A DNA stretch of 23,758 bases, taken from an uncultured virus (IMG/VR IMGVR_UViG_3300005253_001911) (lineage: Duplodnaviria > Heunggongvirae > Uroviricota > Caudoviricetes). Positions 9,392 to 16,825 of this stretch are shown piece by piece. The DNA lies in IMG/VR virus record IMGVR_UViG_3300005253_001911. One strand, written 5' to 3'. Each line of letters opens with the position of its first letter. The stretch's first letter is position 1. A model generated the notes under the pieces. That model made no database searches. It saw only the letters and a list, made by a program, of their open reading frames with translations, and was not told the origin of the DNA. Both the position numbers and the translations under genes were made by a program.

Positions 9392-10063
9392 CTACAAATT
9401 TTTCAATTTCATTATACCATTATAGTAATTTGTGTGTCGTTCTCTATTAGAGTTCGCCCTACCATTACATGATCTACATAAGATTATTAAATTAGATGGA
9501 TGGCAATTCTTTTTATCATAATCTATATGATGAAGGCATAGTTTTTTAGTTATTTTCCAACAATCTGGATTTTGACATTCGTAATTATCTCGAGCTTTTA
9601 TATCTTCTTTATACTCTTTATCTGCCCATACGTCACAATAAGGCTCATTAGAAATACCACCTTTCCAAGCATGATGTTTATCTCCACTCATATTAATTGA
9701 CTTACATGTAGAACATCTACTACCATCCTTGAAATTATTCCATTTTATTTCATTTCTATGCCCATCAGCACAAATATATTTTAATTTCTGCTGAGCATTT
9801 ATATATGCCTTAGTTAAAAGAACATGTCCTTCATTTTCAAAATATTGTCTAATGAATTCTATAATAGGCTTGACATTATTAGAACAATAAAAACATCCTT
9901 GGCCACTATAAAAATGGCGCCATGTAATGTTATGCTGATGACCCTCTGGGCATACATATTCCAATTTACTATTAGAACCTATATACACTCTACTCAATAA
10001 TTCGTAACCTTTATTTTCAAAATAGTCTTTTACAAACTCATATGTTAATTTCTGCGGCATCAA
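9392..10063 (-). CDS. HNH homing endonuclease with zinc-ribbon repeats, ~222 aa
   Basis: Two F.(N/E).G..LL...Y.....KL.Y.C..GH repeats; WKGGIS linker; RDNYECQNPDC..LCLHHIDYDKKNC.PSNLIILCRSCN HNH domain. Related to the 5274-6197 gene. Confidence 0.85.
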   Translation of the reverse strand: MMPQKLTYEFVKDYFENKGYELLSRVYIGSNSKLEYVCPEGHQHNITWRHFYSGQGCFYCSNNVKPIIEFIRQYFENEGHVLLTKAYINAQQKLKYICADGHRNEIKWNNFKDGSRCSTCKSINMSGDKHHAWKGGISNEPYCDVWADKEYKEDIKARDNYECQNPDCWKITKKLCLHHIDYDKKNCHPSNLIILCRSCNGRANSNRERHTNYYNGIMKLKNL

Positions 10064-10120
10064 ATTCTTACTCCTTCATATTTTAGCCAGTAGAAATATT
10101 CTCCTGAATTAAAGTCCGTC

Positions 10121-10609
10121 TTATTGATCCAAAGCTATATCACCTACTGAGCATTTTATCAATCTATCCGATCCAAACAATGAAACTGATACTGTTAGTT
10201 TCTTCCCGTTTATATCTACTACTGTACATAACATATCCTTAAAAGGACCTGCACTTAGTTTATAGGTTTTGCCCTTCTGCAATGTTTCTCCAGGCACCAA
10301 CTCATCATAATTCTTATCGACTAAAGCTTTTATATCTTCTATTTCTTGTTCTGAACAAATACCAACATATTCTTTTATCCATTGACAATCTTCTAACTCT
10401 GCATGTATATGATTATCATGGATATAATTCAGAAATATATAATTAATATACAGTGGTACGTCTTTCTTTTTCCAACCAGCTTTAGTTGAATAATCCTTTA
10501 TTACAGTAGGATATACTATATCCTTTATTTCTGCCATATTATCTAAAGATTCTCTAAGCCTTTTGTACTTTTGTTGATTTATAGTCCAAATATACCATAA
10601 TTCATTCAT
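10121..10609 (-). CDS. nusG: NusG-family transcription elongation/antitermination factor (NGN + KOW), 162 aa
   Basis: NGN hallmarks WYIW, YPT, VPLYINYIFL, IKEYVG..SEQEI; KOW hallmarks KGKTYKLSAGPFKDMLCTVVDI and VSVSLFGS. Divergent paralog rather than housekeeping NusG. Confidence 0.85.
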   Translation of the reverse strand: MNELWYIWTINQQKYKRLRESLDNMAEIKDIVYPTVIKDYSTKAGWKKKDVPLYINYIFLNYIHDNHIHAELEDCQWIKEYVGICSEQEIEDIKALVDKNYDELVPGETLQKGKTYKLSAGPFKDMLCTVVDINGKKLTVSVSLFGSDRLIKCSVGDIALDQ

Positions 10610-10871
10610 TTATCTCTACCACCTTTGTAGCTTTTTTACAATCAGGGCACGCAACCATAACAGTGTTTTTACGCGCGGATAATACATAACCGCACCCCAC
10701 ACACTTATATAACATGTGTTTACCTCGCCTCGGGGGGCTAGAGAGCTCAAACGGTAAGTTCTTGTGGTCATCAGCGAACTTAGTCTCTCTGTGTATTTTC
10801 TCTCGATGTTTACGCTCTCCTCCTTCTGGAATCCATCTTCTACCAGTGGATCCAGGACTTAGCTCTCCCAT
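10602..10871 (-). CDS. Small zinc-ribbon protein, 89 aa
   Basis: YKCVGCG...VACPDCKK (CxxC-x14-CxxC). Overlaps the nusG start by 8 nt. Confidence 0.65.
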   Translation of the reverse strand: MGELSPGSTGRRWIPEGGERKHREKIHRETKFADDHKNLPFELSSPPRRGKHMLYKCVGCGYVLSARKNTVMVACPDCKKATKVVEINE

Positions 10872-11444
10872 TTAGAATTCTCTCCTTTTAGAATCTACCT
10901 GTATAAATCTTTTACTCGTTATATAGTCAGCTGTATAAACTGCCATCTCTTCCATTGTATATTCATTAAGTGGCTTTCTTATATCTGTACTCGACCATGG
11001 GCCATAATGATAAAAAATTCCCGAACAAATCATAGTAGCAGAATCTTTATGTAATTTACCTCTAAATTTTTCCCTATAAATATCAGCAGCAAATTTAGAC
11101 ATAAGTTGTGGGTGTGTTTTTATAGTATGACCAGACCTTGTAAGCCCTTGCTTCACCATATCGTGTAAAAGGGCTGCTGCACATATCTCGTTTATATGCT
11201 GCTCTACATCAAACCCCCTACTCAAATCATAAGCTACAGCAAACACCTTTTTAGTATGGATGATTGTTCCATCCGCGCCCAATTCTTCGATGGGGTGGTA
11301 TTTCCCTGATGAAGAACTTGGACAATCCTCAAATACATAATCAGGTGCCTGTGTCAAACACTCCTCAACAAATTCTCTAATTATAGGTTTACTAATAAGT
11401 TCCAACTCATCCTTGAATAATTCTAACCTATCCTTTGTATCCAT
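10872..11444 (-). CDS. HD-domain phosphohydrolase, 190 aa
   Basis: PSSSSGKYHP..G..IHTKKV, AALLHDMVKQG, HP, IFYHYGPW, YTADY: HD/YhaM-like metal-binding residues. Confidence 0.85.
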   Translation of the reverse strand: MDTKDRLELFKDELELISKPIIREFVEECLTQAPDYVFEDCPSSSSGKYHPIEELGADGTIIHTKKVFAVAYDLSRGFDVEQHINEICAAALLHDMVKQGLTRSGHTIKTHPQLMSKFAADIYREKFRGKLHKDSATMICSGIFYHYGPWSSTDIRKPLNEYTMEEMAVYTADYITSKRFIQVDSKRREF

Positions 11445-11477
11445 TGTAATTCTCCTTTAATAAAAAAAATCCTAATA

Positions 11478-11711
11478 TTATCGTGCCCTGATATATGGGA
11501 CATCTGTACTTAAACCTACCCTGTCTGGACTTACAGATGGGCTCCGCGCATTATATCCCGGTTGCGGTTCAATTCTCCAACGACGATTAGGCTGACTAGC
11601 GTACATTATATTCATATTATGAAATCTTGCCCTATTATCTCTACTTAATGTAGCACCTTCTACGTATCTAATAAATCTTGGATTTTGAAATGCAGACTCA
11701 GGTATAGCCAT
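11478..11711 (-). CDS. Hypothetical protein, Arg/Pro-rich, 77 aa
   Basis: ATG with strong AGGAGG RBS; fills the gap in a co-oriented operon. Confidence 0.6.
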   Translation of the reverse strand: MAIPESAFQNPRFIRYVEGATLSRDNRARFHNMNIMYASQPNRRWRIEPQPGYNARSPSVSPDRVGLSTDVPYIRAR

Positions 11712-11715
11712 TTAG

Positions 11716-11745
11716 TTACCCTCCTTTTGGTTTTAGAAAGTTCAT
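11716..11745 (-). CDS. Putative 9-aa minigene MNFLKPKGG
   Basis: ATG AAC TTT CTA AAA CCA AAA GGA GGG TAA, with GGGAGG 8 nt upstream; contains the RBS of the next gene. Confidence 0.4.
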   Translation of the reverse strand: MNFLKPKGG

Positions 11746-11746
11746 G

Positions 11747-11776
11747 TTACATTCCTCCCTTTGGTCTTAAGTTCAT
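11747..11776 (-). CDS. Putative 9-aa minigene MNLRPKGGM
   Basis: ATG AAC TTA AGA CCA AAG GGA GGA ATG TAA, with AAGGAG in the end of the upstream gene; starts 1 nt after that gene's stop; similar to the adjacent minigene. Confidence 0.4.
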   Translation of the reverse strand: MNLRPKGGM

Positions 11777-11777
11777 A

Positions 11778-12047
11778 TTACATTCTCTCCTTTAGCTCTT
11801 TATATTCTGATGCTCTTTCTTCCTTGAGTGGATCAATTACTTCTTTGTTGGACTGCATCCAATGCATGATCGCCATAACAAACTCAGGAACATCGTCCCC
11901 TTTCCACTCATATGAAATTCTCATATACTCTTGGTCACCCATCTTTACGCCTATACTTGCATATTTGTAGTCACCACTTTTGATAATTTCTGACCCGACG
12001 ATTTCTTCTGGGTTAATTTTAATAATCATATCTTTATTCTTTGCCAT
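11778..12047 (-). CDS. Hypothetical protein, 89 aa
   Basis: ATG with GGAG RBS; overlaps the end of the dNMP kinase gene. Confidence 0.65.
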   Translation of the reverse strand: MAKNKDMIIKINPEEIVGSEIIKSGDYKYASIGVKMGDQEYMRISYEWKGDDVPEFVMAIMHWMQSNKEVIDPLKEERASEYKELKERM

Positions 12048-12681
12048 TATATACTTCTCCTCTTTTTATAAGTCTCTCAATAACTAGTACACTATCCACT
12101 GTACTTCTAGCTATCCTATACAAGTCTTCTAACGTACCATTATTTTCTATTTCAATATCAAAATCATTATAACTATCTAACGCTATTTCGGACTCATGAT
12201 CCATACCGTGAATTTCTTCTGTACTATCTCTTGTAATTCTAATAGTAATGCCATTATTCGCTTTTACATACTCGCATTCATTTATATGTCTTACATCTGT
12301 TACTATAGCATCCACTATATTATTGTTTTTCATGTAAGTCCCAAGAGATTCTACCCAGTATTTACCATAGATTCTACGATAAAAGGCTCCAAGATGTTGC
12401 ATAATTTCTCTTGGGGTCCAGTAATCAGCTGGGTCACTCGATAGTCCTATACCATCTTTAGCAAATCTTAAATCTGGTATTTCTCTGATATTTTTTCCTC
12501 TCTCCCAAAGCTGGTCATCACTCAAACCAAAATGCGTCTTACACATCATTTTTAATGGTGTAGCAAATGCAATCTCTGTGAAAGTTCTGTTATGTCTTTT
12601 TTTAAAATGTTCTATTAAATATTCTCCAAACTGACCTTTTCCAGACCTTGCATGTGCCGACAGGCCAATAATAAGTCCCAT
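12034..12681 (-). CDS. Deoxynucleoside monophosphate kinase (T4 gp1-like)
   Basis: IIGLSAHARSGKGQF P-loop, AFATPLK, TPREIMQHLG, IVTDVRHINE, HESE, IENNGTLEDL. Start reassigned to ATG 12681 (TAATG overlap with the upstream stop; GGAGA RBS). Confidence 0.88.
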   Translation of the reverse strand: MGLIIGLSAHARSGKGQFGEYLIEHFKKRHNRTFTEIAFATPLKMMCKTHFGLSDDQLWERGKNIREIPDLRFAKDGIGLSSDPADYWTPREIMQHLGAFYRRIYGKYWVESLGTYMKNNNIVDAIVTDVRHINECEYVKANNGITIRITRDSTEEIHGMDHESEIALDSYNDFDIEIENNGTLEDLYRIARSTVDSVLVIERLIKRGEVYNGKE

Positions 12682-13367
12682 TATAAATTCTCCTTCCGTT
12701 TCCATTTAAACCCTCCAGCAGTCTTACGCCTTCCTAAAGTCACACTAGAAATATGACTCTTATTTATACCAGTAATCCTATAAGCTTCTGCCTGGGATTT
12801 AAAAATATTTACAACATCTCCTGTTTCTTTGTTTATTTGAATAACTGAAACAAGATTTTTATCTACTACATATCCTTTCTTAAAATGTCCTTTATTAGGG
12901 TGAATACTTCTATAAACACTACTACATTTCATAGAACAGCACTTATACCTTTCCTTTCTTGAAGGAGGAACACCAAATTCTTCACCACAAATAGCACATA
13001 TCTTTTTGTTTGCTGTCCCATCATTCCAAGGAATAAGTCCCTTTTTAAATGAAGTCTGGTTACCAAAACTAAGCCCTTCGCCGCCATCCATAGTATTAAC
13101 CAACTTACATCCTTCACCCCTATAATACTTAATAAAATGCCTTTCCCAATACTTCCATTCACTAACAGTAACTTCCTTAATAATTTCAAATACCGGCTTC
13201 AAGCTTTTCTGACGCAAAGAATTAATCCAATTACATTTATGCGTTCCCTTATAGTTTGCTACACTCAAATGATGTCGGTATCTGTCTTTAGGATTATTAG
13301 CCTTTCCCACATACCTAACTTCACTAGTTGTAGGACACTTTAGCACATAAATATACGTAGATTTCAA
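12681..13367 (-). CDS. GIY-YIG homing endonuclease with C-terminal NUMOD1 domain, 228 aa
   Basis: YIYVL..RYVGKA....RYRHH, WERHFI, LVN..GGEG catalytic domain; CAICG..CCSMKC zinc motif; IFKSQAEAYRITGINKSHIS..RKTAGGFKW NUMOD1 HTH. TTG start. Confidence 0.88.
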   Translation of the reverse strand: MKSTYIYVLKCPTTSEVRYVGKANNPKDRYRHHLSVANYKGTHKCNWINSLRQKSLKPVFEIIKEVTVSEWKYWERHFIKYYRGEGCKLVNTMDGGEGLSFGNQTSFKKGLIPWNDGTANKKICAICGEEFGVPPSRKERYKCCSMKCSSVYRSIHPNKGHFKKGYVVDKNLVSVIQINKETGDVVNIFKSQAEAYRITGINKSHISSVTLGRRKTAGGFKWKRKENL

Positions 13368-13606
13368 ATCTTAATCCTCCTTAATTCTTTTGTAACCTTT
13401 TCAATCTCTGTGGTAAATTTTTTTGCTCCTTTTACCGCGTAGTCCACTGACTTAATAAACTTATCTGACTGTTCGTTTAACTCTTCCTTCTTCCGATCAA
13501 TTGGTATTAGCTTGACTACATATTCTTTGCAGCCTTCTTGTTTAGAGCCGTGCAAAGCTTCTATCCCACCCTCTTCATTGAACTCTACCCAATATCTAAA
13601 AATCAC
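13364..13606 (-). CDS. Hypothetical protein, ~80 aa
   Basis: Likely GTG start at 13606 (TAGTG overlap with the upstream stop; GAGGT RBS at 13613-13617); C-terminal helix. Confidence 0.55.
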   Translation of the reverse strand: MIFRYWVEFNEEGGIEALHGSKQEGCKEYVVKLIPIDRKKEELNEQSDKFIKSVDYAVKGAKKFTTEIEKVTKELRRIKI

Positions 13607-14061
13607 TAAGACACCTCTGTTTCCCACGAAGCTTTATCAATTTTGAGCCCGAGAGCTTTTATATCTGCTCTCACTTCATTTATTTCGCTCAAAATCTTAA
13701 CCGCATCTAAGCACACCATACCCTCTTTAGTACCAGCCCTTACTACACACTCCAACAAAAGATTCAATTCATGTAACTTATGCCCCATAACTTCTTTTAT
13801 AACTATAGCATCAGACAAGCTCAATTCAGTCTCATTGACCTTTATAATCGTCTGTACAGTAGCTCTTTCCGTGGTTACTGCGTATTGCTGATACTTTTTG
13901 TATAATTCCTTTAATTCATCCAACCGTTTATCTATAGAAGCTCTGTTGAACTTGGCATCCGTTTCATCACGTACCAATACCAAATCCTCTATATGAGCTC
14001 TCAAATTCGATATAGATTCCTTTATATAATCCTTTTCCTTTATTAATTCAGCTAAAAGCAT
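13606..14061 (-). CDS. DIP1984-like (DUF6847-type) helical coiled-coil protein, 151 aa
   Basis: Family-like pattern MLLAELI...I..LR, central LSLSDAIVIK, C-terminal KIDKASWETEV (compare MKLAEAL...TLADAL...IQEANW.TEL, recalled from memory). Confidence 0.6.
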   Translation of the reverse strand: MLLAELIKEKDYIKESISNLRAHIEDLVLVRDETDAKFNRASIDKRLDELKELYKKYQQYAVTTERATVQTIIKVNETELSLSDAIVIKEVMGHKLHELNLLLECVVRAGTKEGMVCLDAVKILSEINEVRADIKALGLKIDKASWETEVS

Positions 14062-14071
14062 TTGATACTCC

Positions 14072-14290
14072 TTATTCTGGAATTACTTCTTGTGCTTGAA
14101 TTCCCTTATCCGTTTCGATAAGTTTGAACGTTACTACTTGTCCTGGTCTTAGAGTTTTATACCCTTCCATATCAATATAGGAATAATGAGTAAAATACTC
14201 GGTGGTTTCATCTCCATCTTGCAATAAAAACCCATAACCTCGTTCAGCATTAAACCACTTTACTTCTCCACTAACACGTTCTTCTGTCAT
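14072..14290 (-). CDS. cspA: Cold-shock domain (CspA-family) RNA chaperone, 72 aa
   Basis: GEVKWFNAERGYGFL (RNP1), YFTHYSYI (RNP2), GYKTLRPGQVVTF, KGIQAQEV. Start reassigned to ATG 14290 after AAGGAGG. Confidence 0.93.
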   Translation of the reverse strand: MTEERVSGEVKWFNAERGYGFLLQDGDETTEYFTHYSYIDMEGYKTLRPGQVVTFKLIETDKGIQAQEVIPE

Positions 14291-14352
14291 TCTGTAATAC
14301 CTCCTTAACTTTGTACTTCTTTTTAATAATATTTTTATAAATCTCTTGATAC

Positions 14353-14373
14353 TCATCGAGCGCTGCCCGATGA
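14353..14373 (-). promoter_or_regulatory. GC-rich hairpin between the actin and csp genes
   Basis: On the minus strand UCAUCGGGC-AGC-GCUCGAUGA: 9-bp stem with one G-U pair, no following U-tract. Confidence 0.35.
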
Positions 14374-14407
14374 TTCCAGTCGAACCACCTCAAACTTAAT
14401 AGATAAA

Positions 14408-15397
14408 TTATAGAATTGAAGCCATTAAACACCCATTTGCTACACAATTCATTGGGTCTCTGGCCTTTCTAATCTCCTTAATCTCAAACGGAAACTTCTT
14501 AGTAGCAGCCTCAGCCCTAAATTTTTCTATGAAATTAGTCGCCAGCACCAATCCGCCAGAAACCACTATCGGTACCGGGCTTCTAAATGATGGGAGCTTA
14601 GTCCGTTTCAATTCAAATATTATATTATCCAATGCATAACTAATTAATACCCCATAATAAACTACTATAGCCTCTTGTATTTTACCCTTAGGCTTAAATA
14701 GATCTATATTCGATTCTTCCTTTTCAATCTGCACTATAGAAGCGCTCAGATCTAAAGCTTTACCAACCGACTGATCTATCCAATCCCCACCCTTAATTAT
14801 TGAAAACTGTGATACAGGGTCTCCATCATAAACCACTACTGAATTGCACATGCCCGCCCCCATAGATATACACATGCCCGTTAGGTTGTCATCTAAAAGC
14901 TCAGAAAATGCAATAGCAAATCCTTCATTTAAAGAAGTAGGGTCAAATCCCATTTCTCTAAGATAGGTCTTCATCATTTCTTCGTGATAAAAAATATCAA
15001 AAGTTCCGTCTACCGGTTCGGCAGGAATAGAGAATACCAACTTATCACTTCCAGACCCTTGGCCTATTATACTTTTGATAATAAGCTTAATCATCGGTAA
15101 GGAGCTTTTTTCTCGCGGGGATAAAACTCCTCTATTCATAGGACGCCTGGCTTCCAAGTTTCTCTCATTGGCCATTCTTAATGCATCCTCCCCTACTACA
15201 ACAAAGTCCTCTCCGTCTATAATAAAATTTGATTTTCTACTCTCCAGAGCTGTTCTAATACTCTTTTTATTTACCTCCGATTTAGGTTTTATCTTAAAAA
15301 AAGCATCTCTCTGTCGTTTATATACAGGCTTGCTCTCTTCATTCATTGTTGCGGCTACCAGCATGTTTGTGCCAATATCCAATCCAACTCCTTCCAT
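14408..15397 (-). CDS. Actin-like ATPase, volactin/Mad28-like subfamily, 329 aa
   Basis: Phosphate-1 VGLDIGT, VVGEDAL, RRPMNRGVL, FSIPAEP, connect-1 LNEGFA, phosphate-2 ISMGAGMCN, GGDWID, adenosine IVVSGG, connect-2 DPMNCVANG. AAGGAGGG RBS overlaps the upstream stop. Confidence 0.88.
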   Translation of the reverse strand: MEGVGLDIGTNMLVAATMNEESKPVYKRQRDAFFKIKPKSEVNKKSIRTALESRKSNFIIDGEDFVVVGEDALRMANERNLEARRPMNRGVLSPREKSSLPMIKLIIKSIIGQGSGSDKLVFSIPAEPVDGTFDIFYHEEMMKTYLREMGFDPTSLNEGFAIAFSELLDDNLTGMCISMGAGMCNSVVVYDGDPVSQFSIIKGGDWIDQSVGKALDLSASIVQIEKEESNIDLFKPKGKIQEAIVVYYGVLISYALDNIIFELKRTKLPSFRSPVPIVVSGGLVLATNFIEKFRAEAATKKFPFEIKEIRKARDPMNCVANGCLMASIL

Positions 15398-15408
15398 TTT
15401 AACCCTCC

Positions 15409-16095
15409 TTAGTCTAACTTCAATAAACCTTTGAGTTTAACCAGGTCTCTCATCATATCACTATCCACTTTCTCTATTGGTTTCTCTTCTATAATATTGA
15501 TGTGGGCGTCCAAATCCGGCTCTTTACCTTTTTCAAGTGGATCAATAAAAATTTTATCTTCCAGAGCAGGTCTGTCCATCCTACTACCTACTAAATGCTG
15601 AATTGACCCATCAGATATTTTATTATACAATCTATCCAATTTATCCTGTAAGCCTTTTATATCTTTACTTGATTGGTTATAGAACTCATTTTTATCGCCA
15701 GCCGATACTGCGACGCTATCTAGCTGATCTTGTAGCTTTTTTACCACTGACTCTGACTTCTCAGTTTTTTTTCTTTCAGCCTTTAATTGATCGTTTATAT
15801 TTTTAAGCCCGCTTTCAAATCGTTGCTGCTCCTGATTCCTAGTAAACACAATGGCTTCTTCTATCTTTTTTTTGACCTCTTTTAGTGGTAAATACTGAGA
15901 CAAATCCACTGTTTGATGAGATTGAGGAGGCTTAGAATTAGCTTTTGATTTTGAGATCTCAGCTGCCATTGCCGGCCTAAGGCCGTGCAGAGACCCCTGA
16001 TGTTGTCCCAATTTAAGTGCTTTTTGTCTATCCTGTGGTCCTCCACCACTCAACCACTTACCAGATTTCGCTTTATTATAGATTATTTTCGGCAT
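15409..16095 (-). CDS. Coiled-coil protein upstream of the actin (candidate adaptor), 228 aa
   Basis: Basic, probably disordered N-terminus; ~90-aa coiled coil; RPALEDKIFIDP motif; C-terminal amphipathic helix MMRDLVKLKGLLKLD. Stop lies 11 nt from the actin start. Confidence 0.6.
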   Translation of the reverse strand: MPKIIYNKAKSGKWLSGGGPQDRQKALKLGQHQGSLHGLRPAMAAEISKSKANSKPPQSHQTVDLSQYLPLKEVKKKIEEAIVFTRNQEQQRFESGLKNINDQLKAERKKTEKSESVVKKLQDQLDSVAVSAGDKNEFYNQSSKDIKGLQDKLDRLYNKISDGSIQHLVGSRMDRPALEDKIFIDPLEKGKEPDLDAHINIIEEKPIEKVDSDMMRDLVKLKGLLKLD

Positions 16096-16101
16096 TTATC
16101 C

Positions 16102-16683
16102 TTAACTCCTACTTATGAGCACCTCATCTATTAATCCATAATTTTTTGCTTCTTCTGCACTCATATAATAATCTCTATTAAGATCCTTTAATATTTTTTC
16201 AACTGAATGTCCCGTGATATCAGACAAGTTTTTCATCGCAATCTCATTTAATATTTCAGCTTCTTTAACACGTATCTTCATGTCTTCTATATGACCACTT
16301 GCACCACCTGATATTTGATGTAGCATTATTCTTGCAGTTTTAAGTGCAAATCGTTTTCCTTTAGTACCAGAAGCTAAAATAAACGCAGCTGCGCTAGACG
16401 CGCTTCCAATACAAACCGTACTAATATTAGGCTTAATATAATTCATAGTATCGAATATAGCTAGTTCTGCACTAACCAATCCACCAGGACTATTTATATA
16501 TATAATAATGTCTTTTTCTGGATCATCAGATTCTAAAAATAATAATTGTGCCACCACTGAATTCGCTAGATCATCGGTAAATTCTTTTCCTATAAAAATT
16601 ATACGGTCCTTTAAAAGCCTTGAATAGAGGTCATAACTCTTTTCTTTATTTCCTGATCCTTCGATCACATATGGAATGCCCAT
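16102..16683 (-). CDS. clpP: ATP-dependent Clp protease proteolytic subunit, 193 aa
   Basis: [50 protein letters not shown] (Ser), RIMLHQ (His), [18 protein letters not shown] (Asp): intact triad, housekeeping-type ClpP. Confidence 0.96.
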   Translation of the reverse strand: MGIPYVIEGSGNKEKSYDLYSRLLKDRIIFIGKEFTDDLANSVVAQLLFLESDDPEKDIIIYINSPGGLVSAELAIFDTMNYIKPNISTVCIGSASSAAAFILASGTKGKRFALKTARIMLHQISGGASGHIEDMKIRVKEAEILNEIAMKNLSDITGHSVEKILKDLNRDYYMSAEEAKNYGLIDEVLISRS

Positions 16684-16718
16684 ATATTAATTCCTCCTAA
16701 TTCTAATGATTCTACACA

Positions 16719-16752
16719 TCTATATTATAGAATACTTTTTTGATTTTGCTAG
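16719..16752 (-). promoter_or_regulatory. Candidate promoter for the clpP-actin cluster
   Basis: Perfect TATAAT on the minus strand at 16724-16729; only a weak -35 (TAGCAA/CTAGCA at 16-17 nt); AGGAGG RBS downstream. Confidence 0.3.
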
Positions 16753-16825
16753 ATATTTTAGTTTATCTCCTTTTAGTTTTCACTATCAGTTGTTAGGTAT
16801 TTTGTTTATTATATTTGAACGCTCT

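Noticed and set aside
10602..11711. Possible paralogy between the 77-aa ORF and the N-terminus of the Zn-ribbon protein (EG...R..R...H....[FY]A)
   Set aside because: The similarity is too short and weak to support by eye.
14370..14392. GGTTCGACT as part of a tRNA
   Set aside because: No pairing T-stem, acceptor stem or anticodon arm could be built around it.
16755..16775. Orphan AAGGAG Shine-Dalgarno downstream of the fibre gene
   Set aside because: No start codon or ORF follows at usable spacing; may be chance or a relic of a lost gene.
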